Translations under genes and position numbers: made by a program | Shown here: piece by piece, positions 1-13,593 of the stretch | Layout: each line of letters opens with the position of its first letter | Numbering within the stretch: position 1 is the stretch's first letter | Notes under the pieces: generated by a model | What the model was told of the DNA's origin: nothing | Seen by the model: the letters and a program-made list of their open reading frames with translations, nothing else | The model's database searches: none | Origin: Eledone cirrhosa | Taxonomy: Eukaryota | Length of the DNA: 64,000 nt | Direction: 5' to 3' | NCBI GenBank assembly: GCA_964016885.1 | Contig: OZ024742.1 | Location: 125,302,001 to 125,366,000, forward strand

Positions 1-397
1 TTTTACAGGTTAAACAATCAGGCTTCTTCCTTGGATTTTATCTAATGTAGCTAAAGTAATATGGATAGAAAAGTTCATAGTTGTAGTCAAAGTGCGGAGG
101 CAGTGACGTTAACGTTAGTGTTATAAGTTGATGTTATTTAGACCTATAAACTGAAGACAGCACGTCCAGAAATATTTTAATTGCTGCAGCTGTACTATTA
201 CATTGTGCATTTAACTACTATAGAAGGAAAATGTTGTCATCTGTCAAAGAAATCGTAAAATTGCTCTAAGCTATGTGATTGTAAAATAGAACTATTTAAC
301 CTTAGCTGAAATAACCATAAGCAACAAAACTATTAAATATTAAAGCGTTCCGAATTAAATATGTTCATGTGTAAGCCACACACACACACACACACAC

Positions 398-459
<62 letters not shown>

Positions 460-479
460 ATACATATATATATATACAG

Positions 480-600
480 TTGAACAAATAAAACAAATAA
501 AAAACAAGGATGAAAAAATAAATGTCTTATTAGGTTCAGACTTAGAGAAAATGGAGGAGAATCTACGTTTCGAACGGAAGTCCTTCGTTAGGAAAGTTCA
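480..600 (-). mobile_element. Solo 3' end of a Neptune-like PLE with degenerate minimal hammerhead (CTAACGA...GAAACGTA)
   Basis: Reverse complement aligns by eye to the 3' end of the PLE at 60689-60795; abuts a (TA)n tract. Confidence 0.6.
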
Positions 601-1629
601 GATAGGAACAGAACAAGGAGATACATGAAAGTTGTTACGTAAAAGTTTGAAAGTGATTGTTAGGATAAGAATGTTCATTTAATTAGAGTTTAGAATTATA
701 TGAATTTTACTTTTAAAAGTTAAAATCTTATTCATAAACATTGACCAAATAAAGTGCTGGAAGTTATAGTAATAGGCTCTTTTGATTCATAATCCCAGCA
801 AATCCACGCAGGCAATGTCAAGAAACTTAACCACATCACACAAATACATAGTACCATCTATTTATAAATTTCTGCGATTCTGGCACAACACATAAAGAGA
901 GAGGAGCAGTTTGACTACCTCATATTACTCCTCTCTCTTTACGTCTGTTGCCTGCGTGAATGCATGTGAGTAAAAGGAAGGAAGGGGATGGTGAAATATC
1001 TACGCTGTGTGTAAGTGTATGTGCCTGTGTGTGTTTGAGTAAATGTGTTTTTGTGTAAATGTTTGTCTGTAAGTGTGTATTTTTGTAAGCGTGTTTGTGT
1101 TTGCTCGTTTATATTTATATACTCATACACATAAAAGTATCCATACGCACATACACACATGCACACACATAACCACATGTGTCAGAGTATGGAGAAAAAA
1201 ATTTTGTATTGAAAAAGCGTTCCGTTCGTTCATTACTGCACATGATTTGGGAGGAAATCAGGCAACCACTGAAGTGATATAAAAATTAGCGGTGTGTTTT
1301 TCATTTCTATATTCAGATAAATGTGATTGGCGACACAAACGCCAATACAGAGTTGAATGCGACTAAAAGCACATAGTATTATTATTTTTTTTTTAAGAAC
1401 AGGACATTTGTTTAATGTGTCGGGAAGTTGGACTGCTATTTCTAGTAGACTTAAACCCTTTCATGTCGTTGCGTGCGCTAGATTCGTACATTGTTCCTTT
1501 TCAAAAAAATGTTATTACTATGGATTAGTCAACGATCAATAATCTTTATTGTTTATTTTTTTAAGGTTTTTATGTGTTGTTTCTGTGTGTTTGAGTCAAT
1601 GCGTATCTGATATATATATATATATATAG

Positions 1630-4082
1630 TGAAAAATGGAATAGGAACAAAACAGAGAGGCAGTAGGAACAAAGGTTTATTAGTTTCACGCTCTTGAGAA
1701 TGGGGTGGCGGTGGGGAACGACGTTTCAGGCATAAGCCCTTCTTCAGGCGAAAAGTGTGTGGGAAGAGAGTTCCAAAGGTGTGTAGGGGAGTGGGGGAGA
1801 GACATTTAGAAAAAAGGGGTGAGAGGAAACGGTACAAATGAAAATAAATATAAAAACATAATAAAAATAAAAATAAACATGAAGAAGTGGTGGGAGGGTG
1901 TGGGCGTGTAGGGGCGCTGGCGGGTGGAGTGGGGAGAGGGAGGCGGGGTGCCCGAGCGGGCAGGGCTGAAGGTGGTGTGTGTGTGTAAGTGTACGTGTGT
2001 GTGTGTGTGTGTGTGTATGTGAATGTGAGAGTTGGGGGAAGAACGGGGTTTAATGTTCAGGAAAAGGTGTGTGGGGTGGGGTGTAGGTCGGTGTGTGTGT
2101 GCGTGTGTGGATGGGGAGGGTTCAGATGGGTGGGGAAGGGAGGGGGGACGGGGATTCCGGAGGCTGAGTGTGTAAATATGTGGTGGTATTGTGGATGTAG
2201 GTGGCGTGTTGGAAAAAAAATGTTTGTGAGTGTATGTCCGTGGGTAAGTTCCTATGGTAGTTCCGTAGAGGGTGTGGTGGAATGCCGGATAATTTCCTTG
2301 TGATGGAGTTGATTCGTGGGAGCGATGTCCAATGTGTGTAATCCGTGGTTGGGTTGGTCGGAAGAGGGGAGATGTGGGGTGCGCGTGCAACAGGAAGTGG
2401 TCAGAGCGTCAAGGCAGGAGGAGGGTTGTGTGTTTGTGTGTGCGGAGAGGTGGTCAGAGATTCAGGGCATAGCAGCAGCAGGGGAGAATGGCAGGTGGAG
2501 AAAGTCGGTGTGTCAGTGTGTGCGGAGGTGCGTTGGACAGGGGAGAGGATGGGTAGGTGTGAAAGGTGGGGCGGGGAGGGGATGTGTATTAGTGTGTGAG
2601 AAGGGGTGAGGGAGAAGCGGGGAAAGAGGGTGGTGGTGGGAGTGTGGTGTACTGGTATGTGTGTGCGTGTGTGGTGAAGGGGGTGTTAGTGGGTGTTAGT
2701 ATACTGGTGGTGGGGAAAGGGTTGAAAGCGGGTGTGTTAGTGGGGTCAGTAGTGGTAGGGTGTGTAGAGTGGGTGGTGTAAGTGGGTGTGGGTTGGTGTG
2801 TGTGTTTGTGTACGTGGGGTCGGGGGTGTTAGTGGTATTAGTTGTGGGCTGGTGGGAGTGGATGTGTGGGTGAGGGTTAGTGGTGGTAGTAGGGTGTGTG
2901 GTTAGTGTGAGTGCGTGTATATATGTACCAGTGGGTGTGTGCGTGATAGGGGGGGGGAGAAGAAAGGATGTTAGTATTGCTAGCTGGGGAAGGGTGGTCG
3001 AGTGTGGGGTGGGGGTGTTAGTATTGTTAGTTGTGGGGTGGGCGGTGAAAAGGAGGAGTGTGTTAGTGGTGTTAGTGTGGAATATGATTGTGGGGGGACA
3101 GGGAGGTCGAAGGCTTAATGAATAGGGGTGGGGAGTTCAGGCCAGGGGGAGTGTGGGTCTGTAGGGTGAAGATTGTGCGTTGTTGGACCCTGAGGAGGGT
3201 GGCGGGTGTTATATGGCATTGGAAGAGGCCACAGACTGGGAGATGGTGCGCGGAATGTCCAGGGGAGCCAAAGTGGCGGGCGATGGGGTACTACCGCCGA
3301 GACGAATATCCCGGAGGTGTTCGGTAAAACGGTCCGCCAGGCGACGTCCAGTCTGTCCGACGTAGGTTGCGCTCCACTCCGTGCAGCGAAGTCCATAGAC
3401 TACGTTGGAGGAGGTGCAGCGAAGGCATGCCGGACAGAGAGAGAATGGCCGTTGGGACTCTGGAAGGTGGTGGTGTTGGTGATGTGGGGACAGGTGTTGC
3501 AACGAGGCCTGGAACAGGGAAGGGAACCGGGGGGCGGGAAAGAAAGTGTGGGTTGGAGGGTAGGGAGCTGCGGAGGAGGAGGGTGCGGAGATTGCGTGCG
3601 CGTTTTGAGGAGGGGATGGTGGTGGAGGGAAGATGTGAGAGGTGGAGGGGTCGGACTGGAGGCGTCGGAAGAGGCGGAGGATGGTGCGGTAGAGGGGTAG
3701 GGTGGAGGGTTGGTAGGTGATGGGGAAGGGGAGACGGTGGGTGTGCGGTGGCGTGGGGTGAGGGTGGTGGAGCGGTGGACAGCACGGGCGCGAGTGAGAG
3801 CGGTGTGGACGAGAGGGGGGGAACCTCTGCGGATGAAATGGCTGACTAGAGAATGAGGGGTGGAAGGCGCAGAAGAAGGAGAGAAAGGAGTCGAGCTGTT
3901 CTCGGGTGAGTGTCGTGGCTCCGATACAGTCGTCGATGTAACGACCGTACAGTTCGGGCGTGGGGCCGGTGTACGGGGCAGCGATTTGGGCCTCAACGTG
4001 GCCCACAAAAAGGCTGGCATAGTTTGGGCCCATTCTTGTGCCCATGGCTACCCCCGTGACCTGTTGGTAACACTCACCCGAG
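1630..4082 (-). mobile_element. 5'-truncated, frameshifted Neptune-like PLE (RT C-half, Cys linker, GIY-YIG, long C/A-rich 3' tail)
   Basis: YQQVTGVAMGTRMGPNYA and YGRYIDD (RT); PCSRPRCNTC linker; CTSSNVVYGLRC..YVGQTGRRLADRFTEH (GIY-YIG); C-terminal IFTLQTHTPPGLN near 3135 in another frame; ends at (TA)n. Confidence 0.9.
1715..1752 (-). ncRNA. Minimal PLE-type hammerhead motif
   Basis: Minus strand reads CTGAAGA-AGGGCTTATGCCT-GAAACGTC near the PLE 3' end; helix I weak. Confidence 0.6.
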
Positions 4083-4854
4083 ATATGTATATACGTGTGT
4101 GTGTGTATGTGTGTTGGTGTTTGTGTGTAAGTGTGTGTGTGCGTGTGTGTGGGGGGGGTGCGTGTCTGTGTGTGTTTGTGAGAGAGAGATTTAAGATGAA
4201 ATGATGTGACTAATATTTGAAGCATATCAATCGATGTATCTATTATTTTAAATTAATGTAACAATATCGAACGGATACGCTTTATAGTTTTAAAAATACA
4301 TTAATTCGAGAATCAGTGCGAAAATATTCATGAGTAACCTTCTTGAAAAGGATTAGTCGGAGAGGGGTATCTCAAGAGCTAGTAGAATATTACGTCCAGA
4401 AAAGTAACGGAAATTCAAATGAATAGATAAATAAATGAGAGCAAAAATAGTCTTTGTCAATTCATGAAATAACCGAATACAGTATCTAAGGATATAATCT
4501 ATATATGCAAATCCCTATGAAGCGTAAAATACGTAAAGCTATAAGGATTTAAAGATAGATATTTACATAAGAGCCGAAACATATTTTAGAGAGGAGTTTC
4601 TTCTCTGAAGACCTTCTGCTGCCCAGCTCTCCTAAGATTTTCTTACAACATACAATGTCAGTTTCAAAAAGCGTTTCGAAATTAGAACTGTCGAAGTGGT
4701 TGAGTAGTAGATGTTCTGGATTATATAAGTTTTGTTATTATTTATTTACTATAATCGCCGTTACGGTGGTCTAGTTTTAATGTATGTAGAAGTGGTATAC
4801 ATCCTGTTCTGGGTTCAAACTTCGTGTGGATTTACACTAAGTTGATACGATCGA

Positions 4855-5118
4855 CGGAACACCATGTTCGGGAAATTAACGTACATGTGGCAGAACATTC
4901 CATAGACTCTTAAATACTTCACAGGGAAGTTCAGCGTGACACATAATGTGACAAGGCTGGACCGTCGAATTATAGGTACAACTCATTTTTGCCAGCTTAG
5001 TGGACTGGTGCAACGTAAAATAAAGTGTTTTGCTCAAGGACATAACGCTCATCCGGGAATCGGATTAATGACCTTACGATTGTGATCCGAATACCCTACC
5101 CACTAGGCCACTCGCTTT
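4855..5118 (-). mobile_element. tRNA-derived SINE with CORE-like box
   Basis: Minus strand has tRNA A/B-box-like head and TATGTCCTTGAGCAAAACACT; homologous to 23617-23942. Confidence 0.7.
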
Positions 5119-5609
5119 TACTCTTCCATCCTACATATATCTATATTTACTAACTATGGCAAACTGCATCTCGCAATTTAATATGCACAGGAAAAATTCA
5201 CCTTACTAACAATGATAGTTTTGGCGTTTCTTCAAAGAAAACGTTTAAATTATTAATATTAATATAATTGCAAACACGTTAAACTCTTTAAATATTTCCT
5301 ATTAAATAACACCATTTTGATGGAGCTCTTTAAATGAATTTCTCAACTGCTTCAAAACAGAGTACAAATCTGGTCAAGAGCGCAGCCAGAATGCACCCAT
5401 TAAAATATAGTTTGTGAAAAAACGAAAACGTGAACAAGTGAATTTCTTTAAAAACTAGAGTCTACTTTGACCAAGGGTGACAGCTTAATAATTGAGAGAA
5501 ACTAAAATTACTCTGACACTATTTTCTATGACGAAGCTGAAAGTCATCTGTATAGATTTTTCCAACAATTTCCCATTTTATTAAAACTGTACTAGGTCTA
5601 GGGTAAATT

Positions 5610-6020
5610 TTAGGATTTTTGTATGGCTGTGGATTTTAGACTCTTACACCTAACATGGAGCAGGGAATCCAGACGTTTGACGACGAGTGATTCAAAAGGA
5701 TGTTGCGTAATTTTACACAAAACATAATCCAAGTGACGTAGTTAGAGAGTGACTTGCCAAATTTGCTTTTAGGCAGAAACAACGATTTCCGACAGTGAAA
5801 AGACGAATGTTTAGCTATTTCACTCATGTATCCCGCCACGACTCTTTGGCCAAAGCCTTTCCTCAAGGCAGGGATTAATAACGGTGTAAAAAAACGCAGA
5901 CAAGAAATTCTATGTTTCAACAACATCAAATACTCGACAGATCTCTCTGTTTAACGGGGGAAAGAATCAGTGTCGAGTGATGCTGACGGGAAGAATCACA
6001 GGAAGATGATGATGATTATA
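5610..6020 (+). mobile_element. RTE-clade LINE 3' fragment
   Basis: Degenerate translation TVKRRMFSYFTHVSRHDSLAKA...NNIK resembles RTE C-terminus; (GAT)n tail. Confidence 0.6.
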
Positions 6021-6044
6021 TATCATCCTCATTATTATCATCAA

Positions 6045-6245
6045 AGGGCAGTGGATGGGCAGTATCGGGAGAGGGTCTGACACCATGCTTTGCAGCAAAG
6101 AGTTACGGCCCTTTATGGTCTGAGTTCAAATCCCGCCGAGGTTAACTTTGCCTTTCATCCTTACGGGGTCGATAAAATAAAGCACCAGTAATGCACTGGG
6201 ATAATTGCTGGCCTTGTGCCAAATGTAGAAACAATTATTATCATC
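6045..6245 (+). mobile_element. tRNA-derived SINE with Nin/Deu-like central domain
   Basis: B-box GAGTTCAAATCC followed by GCCTTTCATCCTTACGGGGTCGATAAAATAAAG; many copies in window. Confidence 0.8.
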
Positions 6246-6532
6246 ATTACCATCATTAATGTCCGTTTTCCTTGTTAGTAAGGTAAAGATAACCATATCT
6301 ATAGAGACATACACACACACACAATAATATCTTGTTTCGATAAATATAACACTACCCCCTCTCCACGATTATCCTATCTCAAGTTGACTGGGCATGTACA
6401 CTCGCATGCATATAAACACTCACTAAGCTAGATATCTACACACAACCATTCCCTACCCATCAAAAAGATAAATACTTATATGAAGGGAATTTACAATTGA
6501 ATAAATAATGTATGTCCTTATTTGGGCAAAAC

Positions 6533-6628
6533 ACCACCTGATGATACAGCTAGTAAATCACCAAGCCTTACTGCAATAATTCTGGAATTAGCTTTTGAAA
6601 CGGCAAGAGCTCAGACTTCGGTCCGCAC
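6533..6628 (+). ncRNA. Degenerate hammerhead-like PLE terminus
   Basis: CTGATGA...TAATTCTGGAATTAGC..GAAACGGC..GAGCTCAG; homologous to 51833-51880. Confidence 0.4.
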
Positions 6629-6660
6629 TCTCTCTCTCTATATATATATATATACATATA

Positions 6661-6793
<133 letters not shown>

Positions 6794-6801
6794 CCTCTAC
6801 A

Positions 6802-6840
<39 letters not shown>

Positions 6841-6967
6841 GTTATATTTAATTTGTTGGGATACAACAAGCTAAATATTTTTATAACTGATATAAAGCAC
6901 TCAACAAATTATTGGAGTAAATATACAATATATTACCAAATGGAAACTATATTTATAAAACCATATT

Positions 6968-7033
6968 TATTTCATTATACATATTTCAAGGGCCACCAGA
7001 GCAAACTATGGTGCGCTTTCATCAGATAAAATA
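6968..7033 (-). ncRNA. Type I hammerhead ribozyme (left arm copy)
   Basis: Reverse complement of 12438-12503. Confidence 0.8.
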
Positions 7034-8043
7034 TAATATAGGTTAGTTTTGTAAATAAATATTGACATACCCTTAAAAATTGCAACCATTCTGGTTGGAC
7101 TCTCCTGGATAGTGGAGTTATTAGATTTATTGTTGGTTTATTATGCAAATTAGTGTTGGAAAGGTTTAAAATAGTATATTTAAATTAGTATATTTAAATT
7201 AAGCCGTTGGAATAGGGAAAAAAAGAAAGAGAAAAAACGAAGGAAAGAAAGAAAGAAAGAGAGAGACCTGAGTATATTTTAATGAGAGAGAATAGCGTAA
7301 TTTTGAGAGAAGAGACGAAGAAAATAAATATAGAGTGGATAAATACCGTAAGATGGATAAATCAATAATAACAACTAATAACAGATACTAATAAAAATTA
7401 TATAATGTGGATGAATACCAACTAATAACAACCAATAAAAATTGATAAAGCTAAGTTGAAGAATTTATCTAATGTTTAATTACTAAATTTGATTAAATAT
7501 TTAATTAATAATTTATCAATTCAATCCGTAGTTTAAATGTTTAAAGAATATATATTATTAAAAAATGTGTTATTATTAAAAAACCAAATATAATTTTATT
7601 ATTATTAATTAATTAATTAATTAATTATTTAGAAAACATTTTAAGTTTAAAATATTCTAATATTTCGAAGCTCGTGGAATTTCTGAAAGTTTAAAGGAAA
7701 TTGCTAGCGATCCAATAATAATTATTAAGATAGCTCTAAGGATTAAATGTTATAAAGTTAAGATGTTAAAAAATGTTAATTATCCATCTTAATAGTGTAA
7801 TTAGAGCATGAATTTTATGTTATTTTATATCAAGTTATAAAATCATAACTCAACCTGTCATACAGTTATGACTGTTAAACCCTAAATTTTTTCCATAACG
7901 TGTTAACATTCAAAAAAATTCATTCATTGGAATATATCCAAAGCATAAACCATAAAACAATCTTTCACAAGAGTACATCTGTAGAATATATTTAAAGTAT
8001 AAATTTCATATATATATATATATATATATATAAACACCCTGAT

Positions 8044-8135
<92 letters not shown>

Positions 8136-8729
8136 CAAGCATTACAAAGATATATAACAATATATTCAATATAAAATATGAAATATTAATTATAATTTAA
8201 ATTATGAATTACGAATTCCTTCATACGAATTTTCAGAAAAAGCCTCTTTTCAAATTTTTCAGTGCATCCATCAAGAAATATTCCTCAAGAAAAAATCCCC
8301 TCAAGATAGTTACAAGCAATCATATGAAGGAATCCAATGAATTATCGATAGGTTTAATAGAGATGAGTTATGTATTACAATTTATATATATATTTAAACG
8401 TTGAGTTCAATCTATGTTTGCAAGAACTGAAAAGATTGCTTCTTAAATTAACAGAATTTTTACTTTTTAATATAAACAATATTTCCTATATACAAAGAGC
8501 GCAATTTTCAGAAGAAGCATTGAATCGAGAAGCTCTAGAGATAATATTCCAAAGTAAAGAATAGTTAGTGTTCTTAGATTTTAGATCCCATAGTAAATAG
8601 ATAGAGAAGTTGAAGATGTTTTCATTATATTCGTAAAAGAGCATTTATGATTATTATTTTGATAATAATTATTATTTTGATAACAATAATTATTATTGTG
8701 CCAAAAGTAGAAATAATTATTTTGATAAA

Positions 8730-10808
8730 TCAGATGAAAAAGAGAATATTTCCAATCTCGGTAGAATCTTCAATTCTAAAAAGAATCCACCTTCCAACAA
8801 ACTACTAATGGATTTTGAAAATGAAATCATCTCTATCATTCAAAGCATTAAATTTAAAAAAAACAACTTCATAGGCCAGGATTACCTAAGAAATCTCAGA
8901 AATAATATAAGCCTTCAAAAAACGGAAAAAATTCTAGTCAAGTCAGACAAAACTAACAATCTCTATGGAATGCAAAAGGATATTTATAGCGATCTTATAC
9001 TAAAAGAATTAAGGAAGAAATACAAAAAGATAACTTATGATGACCTTGAAGAATTGAATACAGAAGCTTCTTACATAATGCAAGAATTAGTCATTGAAAA
9101 TAGGACACAACCCTTCATGCCAAGAAAACCAAATATTAATATGAAGGACCATAAAAGGAATTTTGAAATTGAATTACCAGTTAGATTAATTGCACCATCT
9201 AAATCGGACCTTGGCATACTTAGCAAGAACATTTTAGACAGAATCATACCAAAATTAAAGAATTATCTTATTTAAAATTGTGGAAAGGAACTAACGAAGT
9301 TATCGACTGGTTTAGAGACATTAAATATAACTATAATAATAAGTTTATTCAATTGGATATTGCTAATTATTACTCATCCATTACTCCTAATCTACTTAAC
9401 AAAGCCCTAACATATTCATTTAAACATACAGAATTAACTAGTAATGAAATGCGCATTATCTTAACTGCACGGAAAACATTAATTAAATTTAACAGCCACC
9501 CCTGGACTAGAGAAGACAGAGATAATAATTTCGATATCACTAAGGGGTCATCGGATTCCGCCCAGGTAACGGATCTTGTGGGGCTTTTTGTTAATAATAC
9601 TCTACATAGAAAAATACCGGAGATGACCGGAGGTTTATATCGCGACGATATGCTATTACTTATAGAAAATAATAATAACTGTGAAATAAATATGAAAAGT
9701 AAAGAAATTATACAATTGTTTATTTACCTTAATCTTAAAGTAGAAATAGAGAATAATTATAAAATAGTTAACTTTCTAGATGTAACTTTAAACCTTAACA
9801 CAGGTATTTATTATCCATTTCACAAAATAAACGAAAACTTAAACTACGTTAATTTTAATTCAAATCACCCCACATCCGTTAAAAACACTATAGTAAACTC
9901 TGTGCAGCAACGTATTTCTAGAATTTCAGCTAATAAGAATATTTTTGAAGATAAAACGCAATATTATATCGATGCGTTAGGTAGAGCGGGATATAGCAAT
10001 AATATTAAATACATTGATAGTAATATTATGACAAATAACTATAATTTTAACAACTGTAATAGAAAACCTTACAATAATTCGGAAAACAAAAAAAGAAATA
10101 GAACTAGGAATATATTATGGTTCGCTCCTCCTTTTTCATTAAGTAATAAAACTCCTATTGCTAAATTATTCTTTAAAGTTCTAGATAAATGCTTCCCTAG
10201 AACACATAGGTATTACTCAATATTTAATAGACATACTATAAAATTAACTTATTCAACCACCAGTAATTCAGCGCAGAATATCAATAGAATTAATAATAGA
10301 AACTTAAAACCTAACCAGAATACCATTAATAAGACCAGCAATATCCAACTGAATAATACGACACATAGAAACTCAAATTTTGATAAATGTAACTGTAGAA
10401 ATAAATCTAAATGCCCGTTAAATAACAATTGCTTAGTTAAAAATATAGTATATAATTGTAATGTAAAAACTAATTTAAATTCATTTGATTATGTAGGATC
10501 GACCTCCACAGATTTTAAGGCGCGTTTTAATAACCATATATGCTCTTTTACGAATATAAAGAAAAACCTTCACCTTCTTTATCTATTTACTATGGGACCT
10601 AAAATCAAAGAACACTAACTATTATTTACTTTGGAATGTTATCTCTCGAGCTTCTCCATTCAATGCTTCTTCTGAAAGTTGCGCTCTTTGTATAGAGGAA
10701 ATATTGTTTATATTAAAAAGTAAAAATTCTGTTAATTTAAGAAGCAATCTTTTCAGTTCTTGCAAACATAGATTGAACTCAACGTTTAAGTATATATATC
10801 AATTGTAA
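8730..10808 (+). pseudogene. PLE RT + GIY-YIG polyprotein, 5'-truncated, frameshifts near 9275 and 10560-10630
   Basis: KSDKT, VRLIAPSKSDLG, QLDIANYYSSI, GLYRDD, VNFLDVTL, SNHP, WFAPPFS, CNCRNKSKCPLNNNC, IVY..YVGST..FKARFNNH; final frame WNVISRASPF..CALC..CKHR ends TAA at 10806-10808. Confidence 0.9.
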
Positions 10809-12437
10809 TACATAACTTATCTCTATTAAACCTATCGATAATTCATTGGATTCCTTCATATGATTTCTTGTAACTATCTTGAGGGGATTTTTCTTGAGGA
10901 ATTTTTCTTGATGGATGCACTGAAAAATTTGAAAAGAGGCTTTTTCTGAAAATTCGTATGAAGGAATTCGTAATTCATAATTTATATTATAATTAATATT
11001 TCAGATTTTATATTGAATATATTGTTATATATCTTTCTAATGCTTGATGTGTATATATATGTATGTATGTACATCAGGGTGTTTATATATATATATGAAA
11101 TTTATACTTTAAATATATTCTACAGATGTACTCGTGTGAAAGATTTTTTTATGGTTTATGCTTTGGATATATTCCAATGAATGAATGTTTTTAAATGTTA
11201 ACACGTTATGGAAAAAATTTAGGTTTTAAGTGTCATAACTGTATGACAGGTTGAGTTATGGTTTTCTAACTTGATATAAAATAACATAAAATTCATGCTC
11301 TAATTACACTATTAAGAGGGATAATCAACATTTTTTAACATCTTAACTTTATAATATTTAATCCTTAGAGCTATCTTAATCATTATTATTGGATCGCTAG
11401 CAATTTCTTTTAAACTTTCAGAAATTCCACGAGCTTCGAAATATTAGAATATTTTAAACTTAAAATTTTTTTTAAATAATTAATTAATTAATTAATTAAT
11501 AATAATAAAATTATATTTGGTTTTTTAATAATAACACATTTTTTAATAATATATATTCTTTAAACATTTAAACTACGGATTGAATTGATAAATTATTAAT
11601 TAAATATTTAATCAAATTTAGTAATTAAACATTAGATACGTTCTTCGACTTAGCTTTATCCATTTTTATTAGTATCTTATTGCTTGTTATTAGTATTCAT
11701 GCTCGCTATATATTTTTTTCGCATCTTCCCCCAAAATTACGCTATTCTCTCTCACTAAAATATACTCAGGTTTCTCTCTTCTTTCTTTCGTTTTTTTCCC
11801 TATTCCAACGGCTTAATTTAAATATATTGTTTTTAATAATATATATTCTTTAATAATATAATTTTTAATAATATATATTCTCTAATAATAATATAACATA
11901 ACATACACATTTAAATAATAATATAATATAACATACACATTTAAACATTTAGACTACGGATTGAATTGATAAATTATTAATTAAACATTTAATCCAAATT
12001 ATTAATCACACATTATTAATTAAACATTAGATAAATTCTTCAACTTAACTTTATTATTGTTTTTATCCACCTTTTTATTAGTATCTGTTATTAGTTGTTA
12101 TTATTGATTTATCCATCTTACGGTATTTATCCACTCTATATTTATTTTCTTCGTCTCTTCTCTCAAAATTACGCTATTCTCTCTCACTAAAATATACTCA
12201 GGTCTCTCTCTTTCTTTTTTTCTTTCTTTCCTTGTTTTTTCTCTTTATTTTTTCCCTATTCCAACGGCTTAATTTAAATATACTTATTTAAATATACTGT
12301 TTTAAACCTTTCCAACACTAATTTGCATAATAAACCAACAATAAATATAATAACTCCACTATCCAGGAGATTCCAACCAGAATGGTTGCATTTTTTAAGG
12401 GTATGTCAATATTTATTTATAAAACTAACCTATATTA

Positions 12438-12503
12438 TATTTTATCTGATGAAAGCGCACCATAGTTTGCTCTGGTGGCCCTTGAAATATGTATAATGAA
12501 ATA
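12438..12503 (+). ncRNA. Type I hammerhead ribozyme
   Basis: Helix I TATTTTAT/ATGAAATA; core CTGATGA; helix II AAGCGCACCA/TGGTGGCCCTT; GAAA; minimal helix III; predicted AUA cleavage after 12495. Confidence 0.8.
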
Positions 12504-12532
12504 AATATGGTTTTATAAATATAGTTTCCATT

Positions 12533-12589
<57 letters not shown>

Positions 12590-12597
12590 TGTGTGAG

Positions 12598-12628
<31 letters not shown>

Positions 12629-12665
12629 CTGTCTGTCTGTCTGTGTCTGAGTCTGTATCTGTGTC

Positions 12666-12714
<49 letters not shown>

Positions 12715-13444
12715 CTGTGTGTGTGTCTGTATGCATGTATGTATCTATGTGTGTGTTTGTGTGTGTGGGGGGCGTATCATACAGAAGTTATAAAATAAAT
12801 GAATAAAGCCTTGTTAATGCAACTGCTTGTCTATCTTTATGAATTGGTGTTTCTATAAACATCTCAACTAAAATCTCTATTTTACTATCGTATTATTCTG
12901 TTCGTCTTTACTTTACACAACAAAAACATTAATATCATCTACATGACTTGTGTATTTTCTTTCTTAAAATCTAAAGTATATTAAACACTATTACTTGTAG
13001 CACCATTGATTCGTTGTTCTCATTCTATCTTAGTAAACTTTATTGCTTGGAATTTTTCCGAACTTCTTTTATGCAAAGTTTATTTACATGCATTTATATT
13101 AAGATGTGTATATTCCACAGAGGATTAATAGGATTCCCACTTACAACTTTTACTCTACTTCACTCTTCAGGATTGCTTTTAATGTTGTCCATTATACAAT
13201 AAGCTGGAAAGTCTCGTGTATATTTGCTTGTTTTAATCAAAATTGTATTTCTGTCGATTGCTTTGAAATTCATCCAGCGTTTGCTGTTCAGTATGTAAAA
13301 ATGTAATCACACATATATTTGTGTGTGTGATGTGTGTGTGTGTGGTTGTTTGTGTAGTGTGTTGTAGGTGCGTGTGTGTGCGTGCGAGCGAGCGCGCGTT
13401 TGTGTATGTGTGTGCGTGTGCGTGTGTGGTTATATATATGTTTA

Positions 13445-13558
13445 TAGTGGAAAAAATAAAACTTTAGGAGTTCACCTGTGACATCATCAGTGGTACTAGT
13501 ATGTTTCCTCCGGTTGTTTTGTATTGTAATGTCTCTTCTATTTTTATTATTATTGTTT

Positions 13559-13593
<35 letters not shown>

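Larger units (their letters stand above)
6840..12534 (+). mobile_element. PLE (YRDD-type RT, Hydra-clade-like) bracketed by its own 3' end in inverted orientation
   Basis: About 6936-8652 is the reverse complement of about 10530-12534; both outer ends abut (TA)n. Confidence 0.92.

Noticed and set aside
1806-3125. Overlapping Gly/Val-rich and Pro/His/Thr-rich ORFs
   Set aside because: Compositionally skewed PLE 3' tail with no domain motifs
9273-9278. Programmed frameshift or selenocysteine recoding in the PLE ORF
   Set aside because: Stop is TAA with a frame change, and the 34.9-kb homologue reads through this position, so it is simple decay
6840-12534. DNA transposon or Polinton with long TIRs
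   Set aside because: Interior encodes RT and GIY-YIG, and the inverted arm duplicates the ORF's own C-terminus
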